Assembly (NCBI RefSeq): GCF_006345805.1
Contig: NW_021832543.1
Location: 1-59,807, forward strand
DNA: 59,807 nt
Direction: 5' to 3'
From: Octopus sinensis
Lineage: Eukaryota
The notes beneath the pieces are model-generated. The model was given only the letters and a program-made list of their open reading frames with translations, was not told the DNA's origin and ran no database searches. Position numbers and translations under genes: made by a program. The stretch's first letter is position 1. Every line of letters begins with the position of its first letter. Positions 25,014-36,710 of the stretch are shown one piece after another.

Positions 25014-25305
25014 ACCTTCCTTTCTCTGCATTTAAATATTTGGTTGATTGATTTCTAATTAATCAAACAACAAATTAGAATTATTTCTATTTAATTTACT
25101 GATATCATTATCAATCAATTCTTTCTTTCTCTTTCTATTTTCCTTTCGTTTGTAAGTTTACCTGTTTGATTAATTGTTTAATTACCTGTCTGGGCTTTTG
25201 CTTGTTTTGTTTTTAATCAATCTATTTCTTTTCACTTTAATTAAATAAGTAAAAGCGGCGACCAGGCAGAACCGTCGGCACGCCGGACAATAGTGCTCAG
25301 CGTGA

Positions 25306-25611
25306 CTACTTCTTCTTCTTTGCTCCTTCTCGAGCCATGCCTGGCTCATAAGGGCCGGTTTCCCGGTTTCCTTGGCGTATAGGTTCCCCACCTGGACGGG
25401 ACACCGGTCCGTCGCAGGTGAGCTGCAAGATGCAGGAGGAAAGAGTGAGAGAAAGTCGTGGCGAAAGAGTCAGCAGAAGTTCGCCATTACCTTCTGCCGG
25501 AGCCGCGTGGAGCCTAGGTGTTTTCGCTCATAAAAACACACATCACCCAGACTGAGATTCGAACCCCGACCGCGAGTCCGCTGCTCTAACCATTAGGCCA
25601 TATGCCTCCAC
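25306..25611 (-). mobile_element. tRNA-derived SINE, family D (V-domain-like), nested inside a broken family B copy (~25250-26010)
   Basis: Minus strand: GGAGGCATATGGCCTAATGGTTAGAGC...GGTTCGAATC head, TGCGACGGACCGGTGTCCCGTCCAGG domain, (GAA)n tail; family B head at 25253 and body resuming at ~25865. Confidence 0.8.
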
Positions 25612-26088
25612 GTGATTTCTTCCAGAAGTATGAGGCGCAGTGTCGACTTTGCAGCTGGATTACATCCGAAAGGCGATCTACCCAGCGAACCTCTGGCCAA
25701 AACCTAACGGCCAAGATCCCTCTAGCTCGTAGGTTCACGCGCGCCCGTCGGCATCCGCAGCCACCGAGGAAAAGGGCCCTACGTTGGTCCTACTTCTGTC
25801 CATCCCACGTGACCTTCCTCACTTCTGCTCTTCCGGTAGAACCCTTCAGCCGTTGACATCACTGACCCTTTACCAGCTTTATGTTCTGTATCAAAATATC
25901 TGCCGAGATCGAATTTGCATTTCGTTCTTTCGAAATCGATAAAATAAGTCGATGTCAGCGAATAACCTCCCTCCCAGAAAATTTCACGCTTTGGGGCAAA
26001 GAGTAGAAAGAAGAAGTAATTAAGCGCAAACTTATCAGTCAGTCGTTGTTTTTCTGGTTGAAGCCCTCCATACAACCCGTCGAGTGAA

Positions 26089-26395
26089 GGCGCATGGCCT
26101 AGTGGTTAAGATATTCGGCTCACGACCATAAGGTCATGAGCTCAATTCCCGGCGACGCGTTGTGTCATTTGAGCAAGACACTTTATTTCACGTTGCTCCA
26201 GTCCACCCAGCTAGCAAAAATGAGTTGTACCTTTATTTCAAAGGGTCAGCCTTGTCACACTCTGTGCCACGCTGAATTTCTCTGAGAACTACGTTAAGGG
26301 AAACACACGTCTGTAGAATGCTCAGCCTCTTTTGCACGCTAATTCCACGAGTAGGCTGTTCCGTTGATCGGATCAGCAGGAATCCTCCTCATTGT
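26089..26395 (+). mobile_element. tRNA-derived SINE, family C
   Basis: GGCGCATGGCCTAGTGGTTAAG (A box), GAGCTCAATTCC (B-box-like), TTGAGCAAGACACTTTATTTCACGTTGCTCCAGTCCAC domain. Confidence 0.8.
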
Positions 26396-26397
26396 AT

Positions 26398-26500
26398 ACA
26401 CCCCTCATATTTTTTTTCTCCATTTTTAGGAATTTTCAGGAAACGTTTCCGAATTTGTGTTCTACGATTATGAAAAAAAACAACAACTTAAAATCCACCC

Positions 26501-26548
<48 letters not shown>

Positions 26549-26912
26549 TCATCGTAAATCCTAAAAGTTCCACTCCTTTTCAATTATTTTTTGATCACGA
26601 TTTAAAATATGGCCAGTCCGAATTTTTTGCTTAAATCCCAGCAATGGACCCCTCTTGGGGTGCACCCTCATTCCATCAAATGTATTCCTGGGGAGGAAAA
26701 CATTGAAAGTCATCGTTACGTGTCAGAGTGACAAAGAAAAGAGAACATGGAATGTGCTAAAACCAACAGCTAAACCGCCCTTAAATCACACACTATTTTT
26801 TTCTATTGTTTTTTTCATAGTTGTATCAATTCCCAGGTGTAGAACACAAATTAGCAAAAACTTTCTGAAAATTCCTAAAAATAAAAACATTATGGCGGCT
26901 TATGTGGGGTCA
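26398..26912. mobile_element. MITE-like element with subterminal inverted repeats
   Basis: ATTTTTAGGAATTTTCAG (26422-26439) and AATTTGTGTTCTAC (26452-26465) mirrored at 26865-26882 and 26839-26852; related copy at ~58620-58985. Confidence 0.6.
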
Positions 26913-27260
26913 TAAACCAGAATTCCAATTTTTTCTTTTCTTTTTTTCTTTGTTTTTCATTATTTATTTATTTGATTCCATTAATTCTTGTATTTTAGGG
27001 TTTTTAAGCGAATAAATTGATGTCTTCATTGTTGTCAACAGGTACTGAGAGAACGTGTGACGTTCTGAGAGAACGTGTGACCTGCTTCATTTCCCCGGCA
27101 ACACTTTCTTTAACCAAGTTCTTCACAGAGTAAACTCTGTCAGACTTCATTCCAATTTCACAGATGAAGCACCGCTTCAACGTTTTCCTTGTAAGAAATA
27201 TCCCTTGATAAGCTACCCAAGCAATTCACTTTGAACGAACTTTTCGCAGAGGTGGTGAAT

Positions 27261-27809
27261 ATGAGTCATGAAGATGAATTAGGGAAGGACGAAACTATGG
27301 TGCAGGTGATAGATGAATTAAAAAGGGAGGAAAAGCAGATATCACAGGAGTTGAAGGAACTGAAGGAACTGGAAAAACAGATGAATAAAGATCTAAAGGC
27401 AGGTATGAGCAAGTTAGAAGAGTTGGAAATACCCGAGCTAAAGGAACTGGAAACTCTGGAGCTGAAAGAACCTGAAGATCTGGCGATAGCTGAATTGGAT
27501 GATCTAGAAGAACTGGAAGAACTGGAAGAAATGGAGATACCTGAGCTGAAGGAACTGAAGGAAGATTTAGAGGCAAGTGAGATGAAGGAACTAGATCTCG
27601 AAATACCGGAGCTAAAGGAGCTGGAAGATCTGGAGATAAATGAGTTGAAAGATCTGGATGATCTGGAGATAAATGAGTTGAAAGACCTGGATGATCTGGA
27701 GATACCTGAGCTGAAAGAACTGGAAGATTTGAAGATAATGGATGACACCGAACTGAATAAAGAGATAGAAGACTTGGAGTGTTTGAAGAATTGGCGGCTC
27801 CACTGTTGA
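27261..27809 (+). CDS. Candidate 182-aa acidic, Leu/Glu/Asp/Lys-rich protein with 11-residue repeats (function unknown)
   Basis: ATG at 27261 after an in-frame TAA at 27192; uninterrupted to the stop; 33-bp units encoding DLEI(P/N)ELK(E/D)L(E/D); not microsatellite-derived; no TE motif recognised. Confidence 0.4.
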   Translation: MSHEDELGKDETMVQVIDELKREEKQISQELKELKELEKQMNKDLKAGMSKLEELEIPELKELETLELKEPEDLAIAELDDLEELEELEEMEIPELKELKEDLEASEMKELDLEIPELKELEDLEINELKDLDDLEINELKDLDDLEIPELKELEDLKIMDDTELNKEIEDLECLKNWRLHC

Positions 27810-28104
27810 AAAAGAAATGTCAAATCTGTTTAAGTTTGCAATGGCAGTGTTAAAGTAATATCTTTGGTTTCATCCAAAGATTGGTTTCGTCAGAAAATAT
27901 AATTCGGAATGTGAAAGTATATTCATTGTTCAAGATGTATTTCAGTCGATATAAAAGTTATAAAGATTAGATTTGCGCATAGCTGTTTGCTTATCATTTG
28001 CTATCATAACATATTATCTTTTTAACACACGTCATATGAATGTTTCTCACATGTATTTATAGACATTAGCTTAAATAATTTTGCAATTATTTGATTTCAC
28101 TCCA

Positions 28105-28260
28105 AGGCGGCGAGCTGGCAGAATCGTTAGCACACCGGACAAAATGCTTAACCGTACTTCGTCCGTCTTTACAGTCTGAGTTCAAATTCCACTGAGGTAC
28201 ACTTTGCCTTCGACTTAACCCCTCCTCACGAACTTACTAACCTTTTGCCAAAGTTTGAAA
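28105..28260 (+). mobile_element. SINE family B, 3'-truncated
   Basis: AAGGCGGCGAGCTGGCAGAATCGTTAGCAC head. Confidence 0.8.
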
Positions 28261-28914
28261 CCGTTATTTTATTTCACTTTGCGGCATGTACTGAAGATCG
28301 AATCAGTATTATTTCTGTAAGTATAAACTAAAGGAGAAATGGAGGTGCAAAACAGATAACAACTGATGGCTTTATTAAGCTACATCAGACCTCTTTCCTC
28401 CACGCTAAATATTAGCATGGAGTTAACAGTGCATAGGAATGTCTGGAAATTAGTAGCTAATAGGGAACCTATTTCGTTACTAGCAACTCGATATAAACAA
28501 GAGTGCATTTTGCACCAAACTCCAGCTTGAGCGTTTCTCTCACGTTATCTGCCACAGTATAGTTTGTTCTAAGAGAACATCCACATCTAAGCAGAAATAA
28601 ATATTATTTCTCAGTACAAATACTGCCTCTGTCGCTTATACACACACACACACATATATATATATATGTACTTAACTCATATAATATACATACATACATA
28701 ACTATATATATATACATATACATATATGTGTGTGTGTGTATTTGTATTTATGTGTGTATATATATGTATATGTATATATATATATAATACATAGCTTTAC
28801 AGGCTCTAGCTACCATACTACATTATAAAAATTACCGTAGATGTAATGCCATACTAAGACTTACGGATTATGTACTTCATGGTACATATGTACACAATGT
28901 CACTGTTTACCTTC

Positions 28915-29465
28915 CATATCAATTTACACATAAGGCAAGGTCTCGTTGCAAACTACATATATCAACTAGACAAGGTCTAGCTACAATATTAAACGAATCA
29001 ACTAGGTAAAGTATAACTAACATAATACATAACTGAGATCTTCCAATGGATGTTATAGTTGACACCTTACTGGATAATTTGGTTGTTTTTCTTTTTTCCC
29101 AGTGTCTGAAACTGAAGTTGTGATTGTTGAACCTGGCTTTGAAATTCCCCTCTGTGAGACCCACATATTTATTTGATGAAACAATGTCCTTAGTGGTTGT
29201 AGAGACTACAGTGGCTTCATAAATGATGGTCTCGGACATGCAGGCTCCATTTTCGCGGGCACAAATTTTTATCCCTGCATGAACAGCTGGTGGTCATTGT
29301 TGTTTTTATGTGTTGTGTGCAATTATATTTTTAAAATTAGTAATTGAGCTAAAACTAATTTTTAAGTTATGCCTATTAAAGAGCTTTCTGTAATTATGAT
29401 TGATTGGAAAATGCCTATCTATAAGTGATAACGGTTGAAAAAAGAACAAAATAATTAAAAATGAC
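28915..29465 (-). mobile_element. Penelope-like element fragment (post-RT linker and GIY-YIG endonuclease)
   Basis: LSLIDRHFPINHNYRKLFNRHNLKISFSSITNFKNIIAHN, then IIYEATV...KYVGLTEGNFKARFNNH (GIY-YIG pattern). Confidence 0.8.
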
Positions 29466-29483
29466 AGAGAATACTGGAAGTAT

Positions 29484-30605
29484 TTAATATTTAGCTTCAA
29501 TCACACTCTGACATCTTCGACTGCATGGGGAAATTAAATTTTCAATTTCTTGCTGTGTGATCTTATTCCATTCTTCCCGAAGGGCATTCCATAATTGCTC
29601 GGTTATTGTAGGATTTCTGGCATTCGAACGTTCTCCTAGAATATTCCACACATTTTTAATAGAATTGAGATCTGGGCTTTGAGCAGACCAATCCATAGCA
29701 ATAACTTTTTCAGCCTTGAGGAAGTTCATGACCACCTTAGCCTTGTGACATGGGGCATTGTCCTGCATGAATATGGGTGGTCGCTTAGTTGAATTTCTTA
29801 GCACAGGCAAGACATGATCTTTTACAAGTTGTTTATAAACTCCTGCGTTTACCTTTCCATGTAATCGCACCAAAGGGCCCACAACATCTCCAGATATCAT
29901 CCCCCAAACCATGACACTTCCTCCACCAAATTTAACACTAGTCTTAAGGCATTTAGGCGACAATTTTTCACCTACTTTTCTACGAACGTACCTTTTCCCA
30001 TCTGAGCCAAATTACATAAACTTAGATTCATCACTGAAATGCACCGTTTGCCATTTTTCTTGAAACCACAACACATGTTCGGTTGCAAAGGTAAGGCAAC
30101 ACTTTTTATTCTTGGAGCTGATCAGTGGCTACACTGCAGGTGCTCTTGCTTGTAGGTCATGTTCAACTAAACAACGAGACACAGTTTTTCGAGATAAAGT
30201 TTTCTTCAATACAATGCTCATTTTCCGAGAAACAGCAGCAGCAGTTTTAAATCTGTCCTTTTTAACCAACTTTACCATAGCACGATCTTCTCTCTTGGTC
30301 GTTTTTCTTGGCCTACCTGTAGACTTTCTTGCTTCACACGAATACCATGAACAACATTTTTTGACTTGTTAACAATCTTTGCAATAGACCCAATACTTAA
30401 ATTATCCTTCTTTCGAAGCTTAATAATCTGCTGACGAATTAGTAACGGAGTAAGTGGCATTATATTAAAGTGCACTGCAGATATTCTTACTAATGTTTAG
30501 TAAACGAACCGTCACGTAAACAAATTCAAAACATTTGAGTTCGCCGGTTAAATATACTAAAACACGGAGTAAAAGCAACCGTTCTGATCATTTTGGCTGC
30601 CATGG
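29484..30605 (-). mobile_element. Tc1 (DD34E) transposon, inactivated
   Basis: FSDESKF (~30030); VKFGGGSVMVWG; QDNAPCH (29760); SPDLNSIKN with the catalytic E mutated to K, 34 residues after the second D; paired/HTH region at 30272-30475 is frameshifted. Confidence 0.92.
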
Positions 30606-30806
30606 GTTTTGCAGTAAATCACTAAATCATCCATAACTTTTGTATTATCCTCTCAAATTACACCAAAATCGCAGACAATAACAAATAATGTCGTATTTAT
30701 TGTCTGTGAAAATTATAGAAGATAAAACAACTTTGATAAGAAATTATACTTACTTTTCTGATGAAAACAATGCCGTTCTGAACATTTTGACCGTAACTGT
30801 ATATAC

Positions 30807-30834
<28 letters not shown>

Positions 30835-30837
<3 letters not shown>

Positions 30838-30945
30838 GCCATGCTGAAGCACCGCCTCGAAAGGGTTAAGTCGAACAAATTGAGCTCAGTACTTTTTTAA
30901 GCCTGGTACATATTCTCTCAGTCTCTTTTGCCGAACCGCTAAGCC
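30835..30945 (-). mobile_element. 3' part of a family A-related SINE
   Basis: GGCCATGCTGAAGCACCGCC...TCTTTTGCCGAACCGCTAAG. Confidence 0.7.
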
Positions 30946-32052
30946 CGGTTTCACCCGGTCGGTTTGGATGATGTGGTTGTAAAACCTGCTCTGTGTAAGC
31001 ATTCGACTTGCTTGGGCACGCTTACGTTAAAAAATCAATTTTAGAATGACTTTTTGTTTTGTCAAAACGCTAAAAATAACTGACCAACAAAAAACAACAA
31101 CCAAGATTCACCGAAATCAAAAAAATAAACCCAAATACTAAGCGAACAAAGATGCAAAACAACAGAAACAAACATAAAAAAATAGAACAAAAATTAAAAG
31201 AAATAAAAAAAATAAGTAAAGAAATCTTTTAAATTTTCAAAGGTCAAAAATCAACAAAAAAAATAATAACTGAAAAACATTAAATACCGCAAACTCAATG
31301 CGAAATATTACACAAAATTTAAAACGAAAAGAAAAAAACCCATTTGAAACTGAAAACCAAATAACTGAAACACTACAAAGGAAAACTTCACAAAAAATCC
31401 CCCCCCCACACACACACACACATTCACATACCCCCCTTTTACATACACACATATATTCACACAGAGTTGAAACGCTGTTTGATTTATTTTTCCAGCGCAC
31501 AATTTTCATCCTCCCACTACCAAGTGTCACATCACCCCTTCCTTCCTTATTCATCTATCACTCCTTCCTTTCTCATTCATAAACGCAAGAGTATTATTAT
31601 AGTAGATTATCTCAGTAACCATGGGAGCTATGAAAAAATACAAAGCCCAGCAACACCACCTGATCTTTCTACACATCGATGAGTAATTTTTCGCGCAATT
31701 CCACCCAGCCGTTTGACCGTGAATCCCAAGACAAGAAAGAATCGCCCATGTCATATTTATATGTATAGATTTTTAAACTATCATACAAAATACATCCACA
31801 TCATATCTCTGGCCGTTTGGTCCAGTGCAGGTTTCCTTACAGCTATTGTGCTTTTGTTCACATCGGTGTTGTTACTAATATCAGCCATGATCGTGCTAGC
31901 GGAATAGCACATGGTGTAAGATATATTTTTTTCAATTCGATCTGAACACCCTCATTTATAACTGAAGAAATAAGTCAGTTACTGACTTGGGCAGGAAGAA
32001 TTGGCATAATCGTAGAAGAAAACGTTCAAAGGGGCAATTCGAACATTTCCTT

Positions 32053-32225
32053 TCATCATCATCATTGTTCGACCGTGGTCGAGACAATGGAATTTACTAT
32101 GTTACGCCAGGCCTCACGGTCCATCATAGCATTACGGAGGTCCTGTTGCTGGATGCCTGTATCCCTGGAGATTACATCAGGGTAGGAGAGTGTGCACCCT
32201 CTGGTATCGCAAGCAATTGCTTCTG
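32053..32225 (-). mobile_element. RTE LINE 3' terminus with (GAT)n tail (different subfamily from 38478)
   Basis: Minus strand reads TRGCTLSYPDVISRDTGIQQQDLRNAMMDREAWRNIVNSIVSTTVEQ* followed by TGATGATGA. Confidence 0.75.
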
Positions 32226-33385
32226 ACAGAGCGACTTCTCAAACATCTTTCCAAGACATTTAATCAGATTTTCCTCTGTTGATGGTATGGCTTCTCCTTG
32301 CACTTGTAGCTTAATTTTGTTTGTTACTTTACCTCTTCTGGTTACCATACCCCTATATTTGGGAGGCTTAAACTTCTTTCTAACGAATATTACCATGTGT
32401 TCAAATGAGGTCAGCACCATTTCTGCCTCCACATGGGTTGTAGTTGTTACCGTGATATCATCCATGAAACCCCTTATTGGCTGCTGACAGCTGCCTGATT
32501 CCATTGTTGGTCCTTGGCCTTCATTTTCAGCAGCTGACACGAGGAGATTCATAGCCATGATGAAAAGAATGAGGGAGATTGTGCAACCAGTATGATTCCT
32601 TTCTCAAGGTCTTGCCACTGACTTGTGAAGTGGGCTGTTCTGAAACATAACTCGATGCCTCCAAAGTGATTGCTGATTATTCCCTCAACAGGTGAGGAAT
32701 ATGGTAACAGTCAAGGGCTGCTTGGATGAGGCTGTGAGGAATTGATCCACATGCATTTTCCAGATCCAACCAAGCCACTGTCATGTCACCTTTACTTCTT
32801 TTGGCCTCCCGAATCAGCTGGTTGTGTTCCAGACAGCCCGAGAAACCCGAGACCCTCACTTTCTGGATAGAGGTGTTTATATACTCATTGTATGAGGTCA
32901 CCCTTTTGGTCAGTACAGAAGGTTTTTCCCTCAACACTCAGGAAGGAGAATGGTCCTGAATTTGTTAATGGCTGATGAGTTTTCTTCCTTTGGCAGCACA
33001 AAACTTCCTTTCGGTGGAATGATACTATTTGTCCAGATCTTTCAGAATAGTGTCCACAGCCTCTGAGGGAGCCATGGGCATTTCTTGTATACTTTATAAG
33101 GTACACCACTTAGACAGGAGCTGATCCTGATCTGGCCCCTTTCACAACCACTCGTCCCACTTCTTTCCAGAATGGACAACTGACGTTGAACTCATTTCCT
33201 GGTATTTCAGCTCTACAGACTTTTGGGTTAACATTAGGAGCTTGATTTCTGAGGTTATGGTTGTAGATCTCTCCCCCTCCACCCAGAAAAGCTTCTACCT
33301 TTTCTCTGGAGCTGGTCCATTTCCCTGATTTCGTCCTCCCATGTCCCAACACTGTTCAGGTCAGCCTGAAAGGGTCCACCTGTCA
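32226..33385 (-). mobile_element. HERO/NeSL-type (restriction-like endonuclease clade) non-LTR RT remnant
   Basis: KGARSGSAP; SIQK...GFSGCLEH..QLIREAK..KGDMTVAWLDLENACGSIPH; QPIRGFMDDITVTT; IKCLGK; several frameshifts. Confidence 0.75.
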
Positions 33386-34054
33386 TGTGCGTGTATATGT
33401 ATGCGTTTGTGTATGTGTGCATGCGTGTGTGTGTGTATGTGTGTCTACAGACGAGGGAGTATTGAAATGTTTCTGGCTTCAGGTAAAACAAAATAGAGAC
33501 GAATCACTTCATTAGCATTCTATTCAACATATTCTCCCCTCTCACATTCACACACTTGTTGCAGTGGCCCTTCAGTTTTTCTAAGCCCTGGGAAAAAGAA
33601 CACAGCTGGTTCGGTCTCCAGCCAGTCCTCTGCAGCAGTGGTCATGCCGGGTACTTTTCATCAACCCCTGTATACGCATACCTACCCACCTAACTACACA
33701 CACGGATGGATTAACGTAGAGACATTCAACTAAAGGGAGATAACCATTCATATACCATTAACAGAAAATTAGCTCGGTCAAGACAGCATATATACACACA
33801 CACACACACACAGATGGATGGATAGAGAGAGAGACAGATAGATATATCGATAGGTAGATAGACAGAGAGGCAGATAGACAGATAAATAGATAGACTGTTT
33901 GTAGTGATGTACAGATTTTATGCTTTAAAAATGGGAGTTTGCGAGAATTTTGGATAATTCGTTATTAGTGTTTTCATCTCATTCATTGGAACTTGTCAGA
34001 TTTGAGTTTTACAGGAAACTTTGTCTTTTGTTGAAATCTGTTTTGCTTTGTTAT

Positions 34055-34085
<31 letters not shown>

Positions 34086-34651
34086 AGAAAAAGAGGAAAG
34101 ATGCGATGAGAGAAGGTAAGAGAGAAAGAAAAGAAAAGAGAAAAAAAGGGATAAAGAAAGGAAGAAGGGAGATAGAGAGACAAGCGATCTTTTTTCTTGT
34201 TTTGTTTAGAAGAAATGTGGGGACTTCAAGGGGGGGGGGACTATATCGGAAAATAAACCCCATTTGGTCACCTTCCGTGAGAGAATCTTGGTCAGCCTAT
34301 GGACCTTTCAGCCGACCCCCGTAAAAGGCATTCTATAAAAATACTTTTTACATATATGGTTTCATATAATGCTCGAAATAACAGCTAAGTCGTCACAAAT
34401 TTGTGTTGTTCTTCCCCTTATGCAATATTTAGATGGCGAACACACATAATCTCTCTCTCTCTCTCTCCCTCCCGACTTTACTCCACCTCTCTTGCTTTTT
34501 CTCACTCTCTTTATCATTAGCTCTCTCTCTCTCTCAGCTTTTCTCTCTCTTTTACTAAACATTTTTCTTTCATCTTATGTCCCTCCCCCTCTCGCTATCC
34601 CTCTCTGACATATTTTTCTTTTCCCTCTCTTCTTCCCTCCCACCACGAATG

Positions 34652-34688
<37 letters not shown>

Positions 34689-34949
34689 GCAGCCCCTACC
34701 GCCCAGTCAAAAATCTCGTAGTTCCAAGGGAGGCTACAACTGTCTTCGAAAGGTATAGAATTACCTCCCTTCAATCAGTTATAAATTTGGATTCGAAAGA
34801 AAATTAATTAATTTTGTAGTTCATAATTCATATAATTAAATACTGTGGGTATTGAACAAGAATTTAAGAAAGATTTACGGAAAGAAATTCGCGACATGTG
34901 ATTTTGCGTCACGCTAGGAATAACAGTCAACTACCCTAAAATTTGCGTT

Positions 34950-35400
34950 GATTTTTATACAAATTGGAAGGACACCTTAAGAATTTGTGCCATATATGGT
35001 CATTCTTCATGCTAGACTACATTAAGCAAGAGCCTTCAAATTGGTTTCGATTTCTCGTATGAAAATAGGACACTTAACCATTTCTAAAATATAATGAACA
35101 ATATATGGTCCCACATATTGCGAGAAATAGCAACCACATGGCCTTAAATCTGTGATGTGATGTGTATCAAAATTGAAGGACAGTTGAGGACGAAGCATCT
35201 GTAAGAATATTGTACTACAGGTGGGGTCTCACATCATGGTAGACATAACAAACAAGAACCTTTCAATTTCCGTGTAGTGTTTATGTGTATAAATATGAAG
35301 GACACTTTTAGAATTATTATAAAATATTATCCTATAAGTAGACTCACATCATGCTAGAAACAACAACTAAATACCCACAGAATTGCATTGTTTCTCATAT
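34950..35400. repeat. Four degenerate ~110-125-bp tandem units
   Basis: AAGGACAC-like motif at ~34968, 35067, 35176 and 35298; CATCATG(C/G)TAGA-like motif at ~35007, 35232 and 35347. Confidence 0.45.
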
Positions 35401-35499
35401 GAAACAAACTGTCTTTCCGTCTCTTAACAAACATGTTATTCCGGGGCTTCTTTTGTTTATTCCTATCCTAAATGTTGAGGGCCGGGAAACAAGGACGCG

Positions 35500-36040
35500 T
35501 GAACCCTCCATCGGTTCCTACCTACCCGCGCTAGAAAGAGTAGCCAAGTGCCTTGAAGCCTAATAAAAAGGCTGAGGAAAAAATAATCCTTAACTGGTCA
35601 GGCGGATTTGGCGAACACTTACATTAGCTCCATCATATATTACTGCCTGACCGTTGTGCCTCGCCTCATTTCAAGTCTAACCGACCTGGAGCGCTTGCCA
35701 TTCCGCTCTCTGTGCGATGGATGAATTCCACTGGCCAAGCGCTGCATTTGCAGTCAACACCTGCTCAACGAACGACTGGACATGCTGTAGCTGATTACAC
35801 GCAGGTATGCACTGAGGCTGCGACCTCTCTCCATCGATTCCTTGACGGTGAACATGTGTGGTCGCTGTTTCCCCCCAGTTTCTCTCAATCGGAGGCCGAA
35901 ACAGCTGGAATATGGTCGAGCCCTGGCGATCCTCTACCAGTGGGATAATGTAGCTGTTGGAAGTTCTATATTGGATTTTGACAGAGGATTTGTGGCGAGC
36001 AAATGGGATTTGATTCTCTGGGAAACGGAGGACATCGTCG
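35500..36040 (+). mobile_element. Decayed L1/Tx1-like ORF2 fragment (post-RT region)
   Basis: Frames read YISSIIYYCLTVVP...DLERL..., HRFLDGEHVWS and EYGRALAIL...SSILDFDRGFV; resemblance only. Confidence 0.55.
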
Positions 36041-36042
36041 GC

Positions 36043-36710
36043 GAGTTAGCAGAATCATTAGCACGCCATGTAAACTGCATAGCAACATGTAGTGAATCTC
36101 TACGTTCTGAGTTCAAATCCCGCCGAGGTCAACTTTGCCTTTTGCTCCTTTCTGGATCAACGAAATAGTAACCAGTCAAGTACTGGGGTCGGTGATACCA
36201 ACTAGACCCCTAAACCAAAATTTCAGGCCTTGAACCTATGCTAGAAATCATTTTTATTGTTCTGTTTTGCTCAATGGGATAACTGAGTAAATATATGAGG
36301 TAAAGGGGAACATCTCTAAACTGAGCGAAAATGAGAGAGAGAGAGAGAGTGAGTGAGGGAGAGAGAGAGAGTGAGTGAGAGAGAGAGAAAGAGAGAGAGA
36401 GAAGTGGCACTAATTGCAACTCGGACACTGAAAGATTCCAAGTGATAAGTTGACAGAGATTCGCTCGGATATATCTTAATAATCCGTTTAAATCATAGAT
36501 TTCTTTATGTGAACTTATTAACGCTACAGTAATTCTATCCAAGTAGAAACCCATAAAAAGTTTAAAAAGTGAAAAAAAAGGTCAATTTTGCCTTTCATCC
36601 TTTGGGGATCGATAAATAAAGTACCAGAGAAACACTGGGGATCAGTGTAATCAATTAATCCCCTCCACCAAAATTTCAAGCTTTGGGCAAACAGTGGAAA
36701 GGGTTGTTAC
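36043..36710 (+). mobile_element. Two SINE family B copies (36043-36250, ~36580-36710) around a (GA)n tract
   Basis: GGCGAGTTAGCAGAATC head; AAATTTCAGGCC/AAATTTCAAGC tails. Confidence 0.75.

Noticed and set aside
25540-26150. tRNA genes
   Set aside because: tRNA-like heads lack a complete cloverleaf and continue into SINE bodies
27266-27823. 185-aa Ser-rich minus-strand ORF
   Set aside because: Antisense shadow of the GAA/GAG/CTG-rich plus-strand ORF
30758-30800. CTGATGA...GAAC...GTA
   Set aside because: GAAA is incomplete and the stems do not pair
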